Part shown: in pieces, positions 47,331 through 61,806 of the stretch | Position numbering within the stretch: position 1 is the first letter of the stretch | Layout: each line of letters starts with the position of its first letter | Source of the DNA: Chiloscyllium plagiosum | Taxonomy: Eukaryota | DNA length: 64,000 nt | NCBI RefSeq assembly: GCF_004010195.1 | Contig: NC_057714.1 | Span: 24,361,097-24,425,096 of the forward strand | Reading direction: 5' to 3' | The notes under the pieces: generated by a model | What the model saw: the letters and a program-made list of their open reading frames with translations, nothing else | The model's database searches: none | Told to the model about the DNA's origin: nothing | Position numbers and translations under genes: made by a program

Positions 47331-47968
47331 ATGTGACACATTCTAATGAATGACTCCTGTGAAGTGGCCATTCTCACCTGTACCATCGTCGACAGATATT
47401 CCTGTAATTGATAGATCAGTGAAGATGAGTTGAAGCAGGATCTTTCCCCTTGTTGGTTTTATAACCAGCTGCTACAGGACCCCTCCAAGACAAACATATT
47501 ATAACAATAATAGAACGACATCCTGAATATCAACTGAATATGTTGCTAGGGCAACATATAAACCGTATAAAATTATGCGTAATCAGGACTGATGATATCA
47601 ACCCAAAATGCAAGTAAACTTTCCATTCCCAGAACAAAAATTAGTACTTAGCATGTTAGACAAAAATGTTTCATCAAAGGGCACTACAGTTGGAAACAAA
47701 GATACAAAACAAACTCTTCTCTGAAAGCTAAAAGCAAATTCAGGAAAAATAATTGTATATTTAGACTCGGAGTGCCAGCTTCCAATGCAGCTGCCTATCA
47801 AGATGATGGCTTTGAACCATTTGCATATGCATCATTTCTTGTGACTGTGTGATGAATTTTCATGCTGAAGAATACCAACTATTTGTCGCAAATTGTCTGT
47901 AATTGAGAACATAGATTATCTCCAGGACAGCAACACCACACTGGTGAAGAAAGTTACATAGTTATAAT

Positions 47969-48270
47969 AGGGCTGCATGGTGGCTCAGTGGTTATCAATG
48001 TTGTTTTACAGTGTCAGGGACGCGGGTTTGATTCCTGCCTGAGGCAACTATATGTGTGGAGTTTGCAACTTCTCCCCATGTCTGCACAGGTTTCCTCTGG
48101 GTGCTCTGGTTTCCTCCCACAATCCAAAGATGTGCAGGTCAAGTGAATTGGCCATGCTAAATTGCCTATAGTGTTAGGCACATTAGTCAGAGGGAAGTGG
48201 GTCGGGGTGGGTTACTCTTCGGAGGGTCGGTGTGGATTTGTTGGGTTGAACGGCCTATTTCCACAGGGAA
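47969..48270 (+). mobile_element. HE1-like SINE
   Basis: catggtggctcagtggtta head and ttactcttcggagggtcggtgtgga 3' region. Confidence 0.9.
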
Positions 48271-49389
48271 TATAAGCTAATAACGAACCGAGGACTAAAG
48301 AGGAAAGAAGGATGAATAAATTAAACAGAAAAAAAACAATGCAACACATTCCAAAATGATCAGAACTGCAGAAGTATACAGTACAGGCAAAGAAGAAAAT
48401 ATGACATCTTTGTAACAAACATCCCATGGAAATTTGTGAAAACGTTCATCTTGCAAAGCACAATTTTAGAAGACTTGCAATCACAGATGTTCATTCAGAA
48501 AGCGTTAGGATCTGTCATTTGATTGCTCCATGTAATTGCATGATTCATATTGGCTAATTCATTCTCTCTTTATACATTATCTACGGTGAAATACTACATT
48601 TGGTGAGAAAACCACATTGCAATTCAATTTAAAGGTTTTCTGGTTTTAAATGTGTAAAAGTAAAATCAATTCGGGTGATAAATAGATGCGCATAACACGG
48701 TTCTTCACCTAGTGCTGGCATTGGCCGCAAACACAGCCATTTACTTCTCAAGTTTATGTTACAAAATTGCTTTAAGCCATAACACTGGATGAAAACTAAC
48801 AGTTCTTGAACTTTCAAGTTCTTTGTAATCATCTTGTTCAGCTTGATCCAGTCTAGCATCAACATTATTGATTACGTCCAGTGAAGTTAATGATGCACTA
48901 GATGTTGTTACATAGATGCAGAGCTTGATGTTTCGTGCTCTAGAATGGTTGACCTGTACCTTTCTGTACACGTGGAGAGGTTTGCTGCTTTTTAAGAACT
49001 TAAAAAAATTTTTCTTTGGCAGTTGAATAGGCTTCCATTATTCTTTGTATTCACACTTGTTTAAAGCTTTTTTTTATGGATAAGAGTGATTTAATATTCT
49101 CTTTGTCTGGTTTTTATCTTAAAGGTGTTTGGCTATTTTTCTAACAGGCATTCCACCATACTGTACGGTATTTTCTTTTTAGTTTCTTAGTATTTATTCA
49201 ACTACCATGTAGTTTTTATTTCCCTTTAACCACCTTAATTTCATCATGAAATGGTCATTTCCTTTGCAGATATTATTATTCAAAATAATAAATGGACTGT
49301 AACAGGGAAGGAGAGAGAGTACTGAAGAGCAAATCTTGCATTCAGAACAAAATAGATCAACTGATAGTGTAAATAACAGTAAATCAGAA

Positions 49390-52300
49390 CGATCTGATAG
49401 CCATTACAAAGACAGGGCTGCAGGATGTCATCGATTGGCACCTAAATATTGAAGGGTTCAGGATATTTGGGAAGAACAGGAAACCAGGAAAATGATGATG
49501 GGTGGCTCTGTTCATTAACAATGGTATTAGCGTGATAGAGAGGGATGATCTAGAGTTAGAAAACCAAGAAATAGAAGTGCTTTAGATTGATGAGAAATTA
49601 TAAAGGCAAAAAATTACTTGTGCGACTAGTGTGCAGGCTCCTAACAGTAGCCTCATAATTTAAAGGAAGAGATAATGCAAGCTTGTTAGAATCGCATGGT
49701 GTTAGTTATGAAGGATTTTAATCTACATTTAAACTGGAAAAACCAGAGAGGCAAAAGTAGCCGAGATGAAAAGTTGATAGAATGTTTTAGGATTGTTTCA
49801 TAGGCCTGCATGTTCTGGAGCTGACCAAAAAGCAGGCTATATTAGACCAGGCATTGTGCAATGAGATAGAATTAATTAATGATTTTGTAGTGAAAGCACC
49901 CCTAGGTGACAGCAACCATAATATGATTGATTTTGCATTCAGGTTAAGGGAGAGATAGTATTTTAGATTTAAATGAGAGAAATTACAAGAGCAAGAAAGC
50001 CAAGCTAGCAAAAGTGAATTGGCAAATTAGGTTAAGAAAGAGGTCAGTAGAGAAGTGGTGACAGACATTTGAGGGGGTACTTAAGAATATATTGAATAGG
50101 TGCACTTCAATGGGAAAGAAAAATTGCAGTGGTGGAATCCACCATCCATGGTTAACTAAAAAACTTAAAGATACTACTAATCTTACAGAAAAGACATATA
50201 TTTGCAAAAAGAATGATAGGTCAGAAGTTTGAACAGAATATAAAAAACACATATTGACTGACTAAAAGATTAAGAGGGAGGGAATACAGGATGAGATAAA
50301 ACAGATAGCCAGACTTTCTATAGGTTTTCAAACCTGAATAGCACTTATAATGTGAACATCAATCCTATAAAAATCATGACTGAGGAACTAATAATGGAAA
50401 ATAAGAAGACGACAGATGAATTGAACAGGCATTTTGCATCCGTCTGCAATCTAAATGAAACGATTAACATGATAGAAACAGTTGTAAATCAGAAAATGGG
50501 AGAGATGGGAAAGCACAGAAAATTATAATCACCAAGGAAATGATATTGAGTAAGTTACTGGAGCTGCAGGATATCAAGTCCCTGGTTACTGACGGATTTC
50601 ATTCTCGGGTCTGCAAAAAGTGACTGGTGAGAAGTGCTGGTTCTAATTTTCTAAAATGACCTAAATTTGGGAAGGTAGTATTAGATTAGGAGATGGTGAA
50701 TGTTAATATTTTTATTTTACAAGGGAAGGAGACATAAACGTCCAGTTAGCTTAACTTGTGTTATAGGGAAGATGTTAGAAGCTTTATTAATGACATGGTA
50801 ACAGGACACACAGGAAAAAAAGAGTAAGAGTAATCAGACAGTCAACATGATTTTTAGAGGGAGGTTTAACCAATTTATTGATTTTTTTTGAAAAAAGCAA
50901 TGTGCTGCAGATCAAACTGAACCAGTGAATGTACTGTACTTGGATTTCCAGAAAGCTTTTGAAGGAAAAAATCCAAATAATGTCCTTTAGAGAAGGAAAC
51001 TTACCTTGTCTGGCCTACATGTGACTCCAGATCCATAGCAATATGGTTGATTCTTAATTAGCCTCAGGGCAATAAATGTTGAGCTAGCCAGTGATGCCCT
51101 CATTCTGTGAATGAATAAAAGTAAATGCACATCAGACTTTATTGAGGAAAATAAATTCTCCTGAGGATAGAAGATTGATGAGCCGACAGGGAAAGGAAAA
51201 TAGGCGTAAATAGTTCTCTTTCTGGTTGGCAAGATATAATAATTGTATGCCACAGAAATCGATGCTAGGTCCTCAAGTTTTTTGTAAATGACTTGAATGA
51301 AGAGACCAACAATATTTTTGCTAAATTTGCTGATGATGCAAAGATAGTAGAGTAAGTTGTGAAGAAGTCATATCAAAAGGTGATAGAAAGTTTGAACGAG
51401 AGAACATAGATCTGGCAAATGGAATATAATGTGCAAAGATGTGGAATTGTTGAATTTGTAGATTTCAGAGCTCTGAGATATTCTGAAATAGTTTCATGCA
51501 CAGGTACAGCAATAGGTAGCAAAACTACTAGAATATTATAATTTATTGCATAAGAAGTTGAACAAAAATGTGGGAAGGTTACATTTCAGTTGCATGTGGC
51601 ATTGGTGTAACCACATCTGGAGTATTGTATACAGTATTGATCACTTTTAAGGAAGGATATAAATTATCAGAAGTAATTCGCTGAAGGTGTATTAGACTAA
51701 TATCTGGAATCGATGGATTGTATTGAGGAAAAGTTGGACGTGCTAAGCTTGAATTTGCTAGAATTTAGATGAGCAAGAGATGACTTGATTGAAGTATAGA
51801 ACAACCTGAGGGGTACTGACAGGGTGGGTTTGGAAAAGACATTTCCTTGTGTTGGGGTCACGGTTTAAAGATAAGGGATGGCCCAATTAAGACAGAGGCA
51901 GGGAGAATTTCTTTCTCTTAGAGGGTTAGGAGTCTTTGGATTCTCCCTGAGAGCAGGGTCTTTGAGTATTTTTAAATGAATGAGTGAATGATTTATTTTA
52001 TTGTCATGTGTACTTTACAGTGAGAAAAGCAGTAAAATACAGTGGAAAGCTTTTCCACTGTCACCATGATCTGGCATCAGTTTAAGAATAAGAAAAACAA
52101 ATAAAGGTGTAGCTTAAAAAGAGTCCATCAGTCCTGAGCCATCTCATCATCAACGACGCCTACGCCACCATCTGTCCTCCATTGCCTTGCTGCGATCTGT
52201 GCCAGACTGAACCAATGTTGAAGTCACAACTCTTCAGGCACCATCTTTCACCACTGGGCCGATTCTCCTTCTCCTTGAATGGCATGACAGATTCAACGTG

Positions 52301-52480
52301 CTAAATAGCCTACTCCTTTTTCTATTTCCCTGCATTCCTGTGGTAAGCAGGTACTGAAAGATCATCAAGAGTAGGCAGAAATGTGGAGTTGTGGTTACAA
52401 TTTGATCAGCCATGATGTTATTAAACAGTGGAAAAGACTAGAGGGGCCATATAGCCTACTCCTGCTCTTAAATTGTATAA
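49390..52480 (+). mobile_element. Heavily decayed CR1 ORF2 (EN to 3' end) with internal insertions
   Basis: DFNL, LD..LCNE, LGDSNHN.I.F, YLDFQKAF, KFADDAKI and HLEYC motifs. Insertions at about 50975-51120 and 51975-52310. Confidence 0.8.
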
Positions 52481-54026
52481 GTAATCGTGTTGTGTTAGAT
52501 TTTGTGGCCAATATAGCTTAAGAAGATATACTCATGACATAATCACCGTTTCATTGAATGTGACCTATAAGATTTTACCTTAACTTGGATCACTTGAAGT
52601 TTGACATGCTCTTCTGTTGTAAACAAATAGCCTCAAACTGGCTCAGACGCTGATGTGTCTGTGAATGCAGTATTTGAATGTAAGTTGGATCCTTCAATAC
52701 TACATTATCTGCATCTAGTTTATTCTGTTGCAGGGGAGAACATAAGTATTGCTGTGTCAGTAAGTATATCCTGCTAGAAGCAAAATCCACATCCTTACAC
52801 ATTTATGGCTGTTTCCAAGTTTCCTAGCTCTGAGAGTGGGAAGATTGTTCAGTTGCCCACCAGAATTTGGACAGGGATGAACGGAAAATGCTGACAGGAG
52901 AGCCTTTCCCTGCATTGGCCCAAAGGTTTGTCTGGATTAAGGAGTCTCAAAAGAACTTCTAAAATAACAATATTTTAAATATTTACTGCTCTGTATTGTG
53001 AGTTCAGACACCTGCTGCTACTGGTTTTTATATCCATTAATAATTTATCCATTTAATAACAACTATTGATGTAGGTTTTTTGAAACATTGAAATTAATTG
53101 TGTCTAACTGAATTGGATAAATTGGTGTGATTAGTTCTCTAGAAACTAGTCATAATTTTTGGTTGTGTAAATCAATATGTTAAAATTATTAAAGCATCAT
53201 TTGAATTTTTTTCTTTAATTTGTAAAATGTCTGTAATGCTATAGTGTCCATGTTCTGCATTATTGATGATGATAGTGCCTAGACAGTAAACATAATTAAA
53301 ATTCCAACCCATGGAATGGGGATCTTTTCAAATTGATGCCTGTATCCATTGGAATGGATCAATTATGTATTCATTTTGTCAAAACAAAACAATCAAATAA
53401 GCTTCATCCTATATAACAACAGCAGGAAAGGCAAGAGAAACTGATATGCACAGGAAAGAAAAAACTGAAACAATTGAATTCAGTTCATTTTCACTGGCGT
53501 TTCAAGAGCCTGACCAAGTATAAGCAAAGAGGGCAATGAAAGAAATGCCTATAATAAATACCTACAATATGGTCCTTTTAGGTTGTAATTTGTCAAGTTC
53601 TTTCTGTATCTGTCCTTTGGTCCTACAGGCAGTGGACATTGCATTTAGCCTAAAGCCCTTCATACTACACTGTCATCTCATAGGGATGGTCTTGGAATGC
53701 CCAGTCAGCCAGCCATCCTTGCACCACATGTACATTTCAAAATGTCCATTTCATTACTTGTGATGAGTTGGTACTGAACTCTGATGTCTGTGACCATGTT
53801 TGCTTTCTTCCTAGTCTAACTTCCACCTCAAATAAGAAAAAGAAAGACTTGCCTTTATATTATCACCTTTCACAACCACTGGACTTTGCAAGGAGCTTTT
53901 CATAAATTGGTAAATTGAATTTTAATAATGTTGCTGCAGCCAAAATATGCATAGCAAGCTTCTATAAACAGCAATGGGATAAAGATCAGATCAACTGTGC
54001 TTCAGTACTGATATAGGATAAATATG

Positions 54027-54349
54027 GGGGTGGCATGGTGGCTCAGTGGTTAGCACTGCTGCCTCACAGCACCAGGGACCCAGGTTCAATTCCAGCCTCC
54101 AGAATGTATGGAGTTTGCACATTCTGTGTGGTTTCTTCTGGGTGCTCCGGTTTCCTCCCATAATCCAAAGATGTGCAGATTGGCTAAATTGGCTAAATTG
54201 CCCATAGTGTTCAGGGATGTGTAGGTTAGGTGCATTAGTCAGCGGTAAATGTAGAGTAATAGGATGGGAAATGGGTCTGGGTGGTTTACTCTTCAGAAGG
54301 TCAGTGTTAAGCCTAATGGCCTGTTTCCACACTCTAGGGATTCTATGAT
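54027..54349 (+). mobile_element. HE1-like SINE
   Basis: ggcatggtggctcagtggttagcactgctgcctcacagc...ggttcaattcc. Confidence 0.92.
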
Positions 54350-54712
54350 TGACCATGATATGAATGTAAATCCTCTGCTCCTCTTCAAAGTATTGTCATG
54401 GTGTGTTTATGACTAGTTGAGAGAGTAGACAGTGTAACACCTCTAATAGTGTAGTACTTCCTCAGCACTATACTGGAAAGTTAGCCATGGTTTTTGTGGT
54501 TTAATCCTTGTTAGACTCGAACACCCTATCTTCCAACTCAGAGCAAGAGTGAGCCATAGCTGACATTTGTCTGACATTTTTGTTTAGTGGCTGGCAAAGT
54601 CTGGTCGCATTGGTGAAGCCAGAAGTTTCAGCAGCACGTATGATTGTGGCTTTTTAACAAAAAGATTTCAATAGCATCAGATCTCCAGGCTTCTGAAGCA
54701 AATAACATGAAT

Positions 54713-54843
54713 GGTGAAAGTGAGGATTGCAGATGCTGGAGATTAGAGTCGAGAGTGTAGTGCTGGAAAAGCACAGCAGATCAGGCAGCCTCCAAGGAGC
54801 AGGAGAGTTGACGTTTCGGGCAAAAGTCCTTCATCAGGAATGA
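54713..54843 (-). mobile_element. PLE pseudo-LTR monomer with hammerhead and tail
   Basis: Reverse complement begins tcattcctgatgaaggacttttgcccgaaacgtc and ends gcatctgcaatcctcactttc. Confidence 0.85.
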
Positions 54844-55949
54844 TGACGAGTGGGCATGATGATGACCTGCAAGAGCTTATTATTTCTACAGTGTTTAAAT
54901 GGACCAGGCAAAGATGAAAGTTGATTTTCCAGGTATTTGAAGAGAGGGAGAAAGAGCAATGGCTTTGCAATATTCCAAAGCAGCCTTTTGTTGTAATGCT
55001 GCCTCACTAAAACTGGAGCACTGCAGTTTGTGATGGGTGGACAAAGCCTGCCTGAGGGACCAATAAGATATGACAATGGACTGCAGAGGAAGTTAACAAT
55101 GGGAGTATACAGCCATATTCCTGCACACATGGCCAAAATAGATTTAATGACCTAATTGGTTCAGGAAACATGTCAATGTCTGTGTTCATGTTGTATATTT
55201 AAACCCCAGTATTGTTATGATTCTCATGTAAACTAAAATAGTAAAATTTACCAAAGTATTTCATTTCTTAAAACCTTTACTTCATCCCTAATCAAACCAA
55301 TAAAATTAATCATAAATTAATAAACAATAATATTCGAAATAAAGAAGTAAATTTCACTTCATGTAGTTGATATAAGAAAGATTTGTCTTATAAAATACCA
55401 TGTATTCATCACTCCTTGCAGACATGTGGCACAATTTAACCTTTGCTACACAGGGTTGCCAACTTTCCCCCTCAATTGATTCAGCCCTTGAATTGCACTT
55501 TCTAGCAGCTATATCCTTCCAAGGTCCTTGGCAACCTCAGCACTATGCATAAAAGTCTCTTTTATGACTTTTCCAGAGACTCCTTTATCTGCACTCTTTA
55601 ATAAACCCTGTTGAATGGTCCACTCGGGTCTGGTAAACTGATGCAGCTGCAGTAAAATTACCAGCTCACAATCACTACTTGAATGCTGGAGGCAGTAGGG
55701 GTAGCTGTAATGTTACGAGACTAGCAATCTAGAACCACTGATTAACATCATGGGGACATGGATTACCAAGGAAGATGGTAATCAAAATTTTGCAAATGTC
55801 TTTCAATGATCCCTCAAAGGAACCAGGGCAACAAATATTAGGATGCTAGTGATTTTTAATGTACAATATATGTCTACCAGACCCTTTGGCAGGAGACCTT
55901 CCAAGACCATATGCCGACAATTAGCTGGCATGATTCCCTGATTTCTTCT

Positions 55950-57545
55950 ATGTTCGCACGTGGGATGTTGGTGTTGCTGGCTGGCTAGCATTTATTGCTT
56001 GTCCCTAATTGCCCTTGAGAAGGTGGTGATGAGCTGCTTTCTTAAACTGCTGCAGTCAATGTGTGGTCTATAGACTCACAATTCCGAACCGTCATTGGAT
56101 AAATATTTAAGAGAGGCTACTACATTCTGGGAAGAATATTTAAGGCAGTCTGACCCAAAATCTATCTGCTGGCAAAAGGGATGATTATATAACCAGATAC
56201 TTAGGATATATTGGTACATTGCTACGTTATATTGTATTGTCAAGCAGATTAAGGATGTCATTGTACTGCTGGAAATACTGTTTGAAATGTATTACATTAT
56301 ATGTCTGTGTGAGTGTGTGTACTGATGTATTAGACCCTTCCATCATTGAGGATGGGGATAATGGTGGAGCCTCCTCCTTCGATGAGTTGTTTAATTGTCC
56401 ACCATTATCCATAACTAGATGTGGCAGGACTGCAGAGTTTATATCTGATCTGTCAGTTGTAGGATCACTTAGCTCTGTCTATCACTATTTGACACACACG
56501 GTCCTGTTTGGTAATTTCACCAGGTTGACACTCATTTTTAAGTTGTTCTATGTCCTCCTGCACTCTCCACTAAACTGGGCTTGATCCCTGGTTTTATGGT
56601 AATGTTGATTGGGAGATATGCCGGACCATGAGGTTGCAAATTCGTACTGGAGTACAGTTCTGCTGCTGTTGATAGTTCACATTGATGTTCAGTATTCAGT
56701 TGCCAGATCCATTCAAAATCTGTCCCATTTAACATGGTAATAGTAGGAGAAAGTGAGGATGCTGGAGATCAGAGTCGAGAGTGTGGTGCTGGAAAAGCAC
56801 AGTAGGTCAGGCAGCATCCAAGGAGCAGGAGCATCGACGTTTCAGGCACAAGCTCTTCATCAGGAATGACTTATGCCCCAAACTTCGATTCTCCTGTTCC
56901 TTGGATGCTGCCTGACCTGCTGTGCTTTTCCAGCGCACACTCTCAAACATGGTAATAGTGCCATACAACACGATAGAGGGTATTCTCAAAGTGAAAGCTG
57001 GACATCATCTCCACAAGGATTGCCACTCTTACCAAAACTGTCGTGGACAAATGTTTCTACAGCCAGCAGATTTGTAAGGATGAGGTCAAGTATATTTTTT
57101 CCTCTTGGTTCCCTCACCACCTGCTGCAGACCCAGTCTAACAGCTGTGTCCTCTTGAACCTGACCAGCTCAGTGAGTAATGCTGCTGCCAAGCCAGTCTT
57201 GCTAGTGGAAATTACAATACCCTATCCAGAGTACATTTGGCACCTTTGCCACCCTTAGTGCTTCCTCCAAGTGTTGTTTAACGTGGAGGAGCCGAGGAAG
57301 TCAGTGTGTGGTAATTAGCACATTTCCTTGCCCGTGTTTAATCTGAAGACATCAGACTCCCACGACAAATCTCTCCTCATTGTATATCACTGGGTCTAAC
57401 CTGCCAGTGGGACAGGATATGTCCAGGGATGGTGATGGTGGTACCTGGGACATTGTCTGTAAGGTATGATTCCATGAGTATGTCTATGTCAGACAGTTGT
57501 TTGGCTAGTCTTTGAGACAGATCCGGTTTTGGCACTAGCCCCTAC
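55950..57545 (-). mobile_element. Old LINE relic (different clade or subfamily; 3' end shared with the second SINE family)
   Basis: The 3' end gcatttattgc...cccttgagaaggtggtg matches the reverse complement of the ends at 28030, 31800 and 51070. The interior looks like degenerate endonuclease sequence. Confidence 0.5.
56745..56945. mobile_element. PLE pseudo-LTR fold-back with 14-bp TSD
   Basis: Exact TSD aacatggtaatagt at 56731-56744 and 56946-56959. Tail on the left arm, junction at caggaatga. Confidence 0.9.
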
Positions 57546-57551
57546 ATGTTG

Positions 57552-57598
57552 GTGTGTGTGTGTATGTTTGTGTGTGTCCATCTGAGAGAGAGACAAAG
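57552..57598. repeat. (TG)n/(AG)n microsatellite
   Basis: Directly visible. Confidence 0.8.
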
Positions 57599-57609
57599 AG
57601 ATTATTGGT

Positions 57610-58415
57610 ATAGAGTCACAGAGATGTCCAACATGAAAAGAAACCCTTTGGTCCAACTCATCCATGCCAACCAGATATCCTAACCTAATCTAATCCCATT
57701 TCCCACTTGGCCCATATCCCTCCAGACCCTTCCTATTCATATACCCATCCAGATGCCTCTTAAATGTTGTAATTGTACTAGCCTCCACCACATCCTCTGG
57801 CAGCTCATTCCGTACACGCACCACCCTCTGTATGAAAACGTTGTCCCTTAGGTCCCTTTTAAATCTTTCCCCTCACCCAAAACTGCTGGACCACCCCCCC
57901 TTCCCCCCCACCCCAGGGAAAAGACCTTGTCTATTTACCCTATCCATGCTCCTCATGATTTTATAAACCTGTATAAGGTCACCCCTCAGCCTCCGACTCC
58001 CCAGGGAAAACAGCCCCAGCCGATTCAGCCTCTCACTATAGCTCAAATCCTCCAAGCCTGGCAACATCCTTTCTGAACCCTATCAAGTTTCACAACATCC
58101 TTCCAATAGAAGGGAGACCAGAATTGCATACAATGTTCCAACAGTGTCCTAACCAATGTCCTGTCCAGCCAAATCCTATACTCAATGCTGTGTCCAATAA
58201 AGGAAAGTCTACCAAACACCTTCTTCACTATTCTGTCCACCTGCACTCCAAGATCCCTTTGTTCAGCAACACTTCCCAGGTCCTTACCATTAAGTGTGTA
58301 AGTCCTACTCTGATTAGCCTTTCCAAATTGCAGCATCTCACATTTATCTAAATTAAACTCCATCTGCCACTCCTCAGCCCATTGGCCCATCTGATCAAGA
58401 TTCCATTGTAATTTG
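57610..58415 (-). mobile_element. CR1 3' fragment
   Basis: WQMEFNLDKCE, LVRTLLEHCMQFWSP, RRLRGDLIQVYKIM. Confidence 0.92.
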
Positions 58416-61400
58416 AATTCTATTATTTTCTTTCCCTTTGCTTGTAACATTTATTACAGGTGGTATATAACCCTAGTAGAATAGAATGTTGCACTGTATG
58501 TCTAAACTAATGAAGTTTGGTTTTTTATTTCCGGTGTTATCCTCTTTTGTGTAATTCTGCTCCCAAATCATAGACTAATCTATTGAAGGTAAAAGGTTAC
58601 ATCTTGCAAAATATGTAAATTATTTTATTGTGTGCTAATGTTTTAAATTTTCACCTAGTTTACAATAAAATGTTATTTTTTAAATACCACTTGGATGGTA
58701 TGGTTTTTGTAAAAAAAAATACTTCCGTTATGACTCATTTCTGTCTGATTTCCTTCATTGTAATAATCATTTCTTATTTCAATAGAATAAGGGATCAGCC
58801 GAAACTAGGTGACATACTCTGACATGCGGCTTCTAAAGAATTATTCATCTTATAAAATGTTCAATTCCCTCCAAGGTTCCTGCCTTCACCGATAAAATGA
58901 AATGGAAAAATTAGCTGATGAGATAGGTTAGAAATGTGAACCACCTTCAGTTTCCCCTGACTCTGGGAGCCTTATTAGAAACGAAATGGAGCAGTCTCAC
59001 TGTGGGGGACAGACTATACACAAAACTATTTGACAGTTTTACTCAAAATGGTCACAGGTAGTGAGGGAAATGGAACAGAATCATCACACTGGTGCTTTTT
59101 CTGACATTGGAGCAGGGTCAAGAGAATTTTAGTCTCCATCTGGTTTTGCAATGCTGTACCCACACTGGCTACATGGAGTGAAAGTATTCCATTTCTGATC
59201 ACTGATATGTCTAATATTTATGAGCATCATTAAGTTGTGTGTGATGTTAATATTTGCATAATTTGTAATTCCTAAAAATGTTCACCTGTTCATTTTCTGC
59301 ATGTGCTCATTTCTAGAAATAAAACCGTAATGGGACCTTGTGACAAGATTTATATTGTGAAAATTAGCACTCAATAGTGTATGTAAGATCACTGGTTTAT
59401 TGCTTTAATTATTTTACAATAGAATAACTTGTGCCAGCTATATTACATGAAAAATCCAATAACTGTAAAAGAAAGTATTGTTTTCTCTATCTTGTATTAC
59501 CAAGATTGGAGTTTCAACTAAATGTCTGTAAAACTGATTTTCACATCTTCTTTACTATAATACTACCTTCAGGTTACAAATCCCCAGTCTAAAACAATTA
59601 AACAACATTAAAGGTTTGATATAAATGCAAGTTGTTGTTCATTGGACAGAACTGGCTACACTGGCATTTATAGGATCAATTAAGTAGTTCCAGATGTTGT
59701 AGCCTCAATTATTTGGCTGCCATCTCAAAGTCATTTACTTTGCAGGAAGTCAAATGCCCACTATTTTCCTGGGACTGTTTAGTGCCAGTATTACTATAGT
59801 TCTGACTGTGGAACAAGCTACCTTAGTTATCAGGATGCAAAATCATGCTTTATTGAAAATTTAAAGAGATGTGGTCACTTAAAAGCAGAAATACGTCTAG
59901 CCTTTAGACAGATTGAAAATGTATTTGAAAACAATGACTGACTTTGTCAAGGCTGAAAAATGGAGTATGGGAATGAAGAGATCCTTTTTACCTAAAATGT
60001 GCTTGGATTTGGGAGCAAGTGGCTGGGTCAAAAAGACTGAAATTGACATCAGGTTGTTTTCAGCTGTCTAACACAGCAATCTCAGTGGTTAATGGTGCTG
60101 CTTTTCTGTATGAGAGAAACCTCTTCAGGTGAGGCAAGTTGCAAATTTTAAAAATGTTAAAAAGCTGTTAAAAACTGATTCTACTTAACTTTAGACTTTA
60201 AACTTTTTGAAAAAAAATCTGTTTGGAAATGTTATGACATACCCAAAGACAGGCCTTGAATCCAGATCTTCTGGTTCAGAGTAGGGAGGCACTACCACTG
60301 TTACCGCAAGATTCCCCTACTTGAATGTAAACTGAGTTCACAGCTTTCTGGACATGACCAATGAAAGCAAAGTGAGAGCCCCTGTCAATTGAAGAGACTG
60401 AACTAATGGCAGCCAACAACTCTGTAAGAGTTAGGATTTAACAATTGATTCACTGTTGGAGTGAAAGTTTTTTTTATCAGTGTCTGTTCAGAGATATTTA
60501 TATCCTCTATCTTATAGTTACAGATATTTATATCCTTTAGATCTGAAGGTTGGCATTCAGTTAGCCTTTTGAATATTTTCTGTACCTGTTTGTTATTTTT
60601 TAAACATGTATGTCCCTGGGTTGCCAAGTCTCTTCAAAACCTTATTGTTTCAAGCTTTGCATCATTTAAAAAAATATTCTTTTGCAATCCTTTTTAGGTC
60701 CAAAATGGAAGTCACCACATTTTCCAGCATAGAAACAACTTACCACTGTCTTGTCCAGTCATTTTATCCATTAATATTGTGTTGTAAGTTATGCTTCCAT
60801 CTATGCCACTTACAATGCCATATATTCTGTAAATTTGTAGATGTAACTTTCTACCCCATCACCAAAGTCTTTCAGGAATATCTTCTTGCAGCCCAGTCTG
60901 CCAAGTGAACACCCTTTGCAGGACTCGCAGTCAATAGAGCAAAATGAAAATTTGAAGTGGTCACAATTCCTCTCAAGGCCAAGCATTGCAAAGATTGTAC
61001 CCTTGAATTATGAATCTGTTCATCGACATTTGTAGGGCACTCATTGGCCAAATATTATTATTTGGAAACGATGTGGAGAACAAATAACACTGATGTACCA
61101 TTGTAGCAAGAAATGCATGTTGCAGTAATGAACAAGCTGACCAGTACAAGATCAAATGCTACAAGCCAACCATAATGTAATGGCATACGAAATATGGCTG
61201 ACAATTTATGTAAAAGGTGAAGTTACCAACCATGGGCTGAACCTTACATACTTTTGGCAAAGTGTCAATTTTGTCGAGTTTCACAGAGGGTTTCTCTCAA
61301 CAGGGGCCTGCTGGGTTTTTTTGCGCTATCATCCCAAAATCATCTCATTAACTACCAACGCTGCCCCTTAGCTTGACTCTTGTACAATGCCAGCCCGATT

Positions 61401-61673
61401 TTCCCACTCACCAGAGGAACCTGTCCCTGCTCGGATACCCCAGAATAAATTGGCATTTCAGTGCCATCTCGGAAAATTAACTGAACACCAGGCTAAGTAG
61501 TAGCAGTTCAGATTTGTCTCTCCAAAATTGGAAGTCAATGTGTCAGAAAGCTACTCACTACAAGCAGTGTGAGCTTACCATTGGACGAACTTCAGTGTGA
61601 TTGCATTGCCATTCAATTGCACAGCTTAGAGGGAGCATTGCTGGGAGATCTAGGCTGACAGGTGTGTCCTGTC

Positions 61674-61806
61674 AAGATTAGAGTGACGCTGGAAAAGCAC
61701 AGCAAGTCAGGCAGCATCCAAGGAGCAGGAAAATTGACATTTCGGGCAAAAGCCCTTCATCAGGAATGACTCTAATCTCTGGCATCTGCAGTACCCACTT
61801 CTGCCT
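61674..61806. mobile_element. PLE pseudo-LTR with inverted tail and 14-bp TSD
   Basis: Exact TSD aggtgtgtcctgtc at 61660-61673 and 61807-61820. The minus arm has tcattcctgatgaagggcttttgcccgaaatgtc, and the plus arm is the tail only. Confidence 0.9.

Noticed and set aside
52046-52061. Short palindrome cagtggaaagcttttccactg (about 52040-52060)
   Set aside because: Isolated, lies in a repeat fragment, and has no supporting context.
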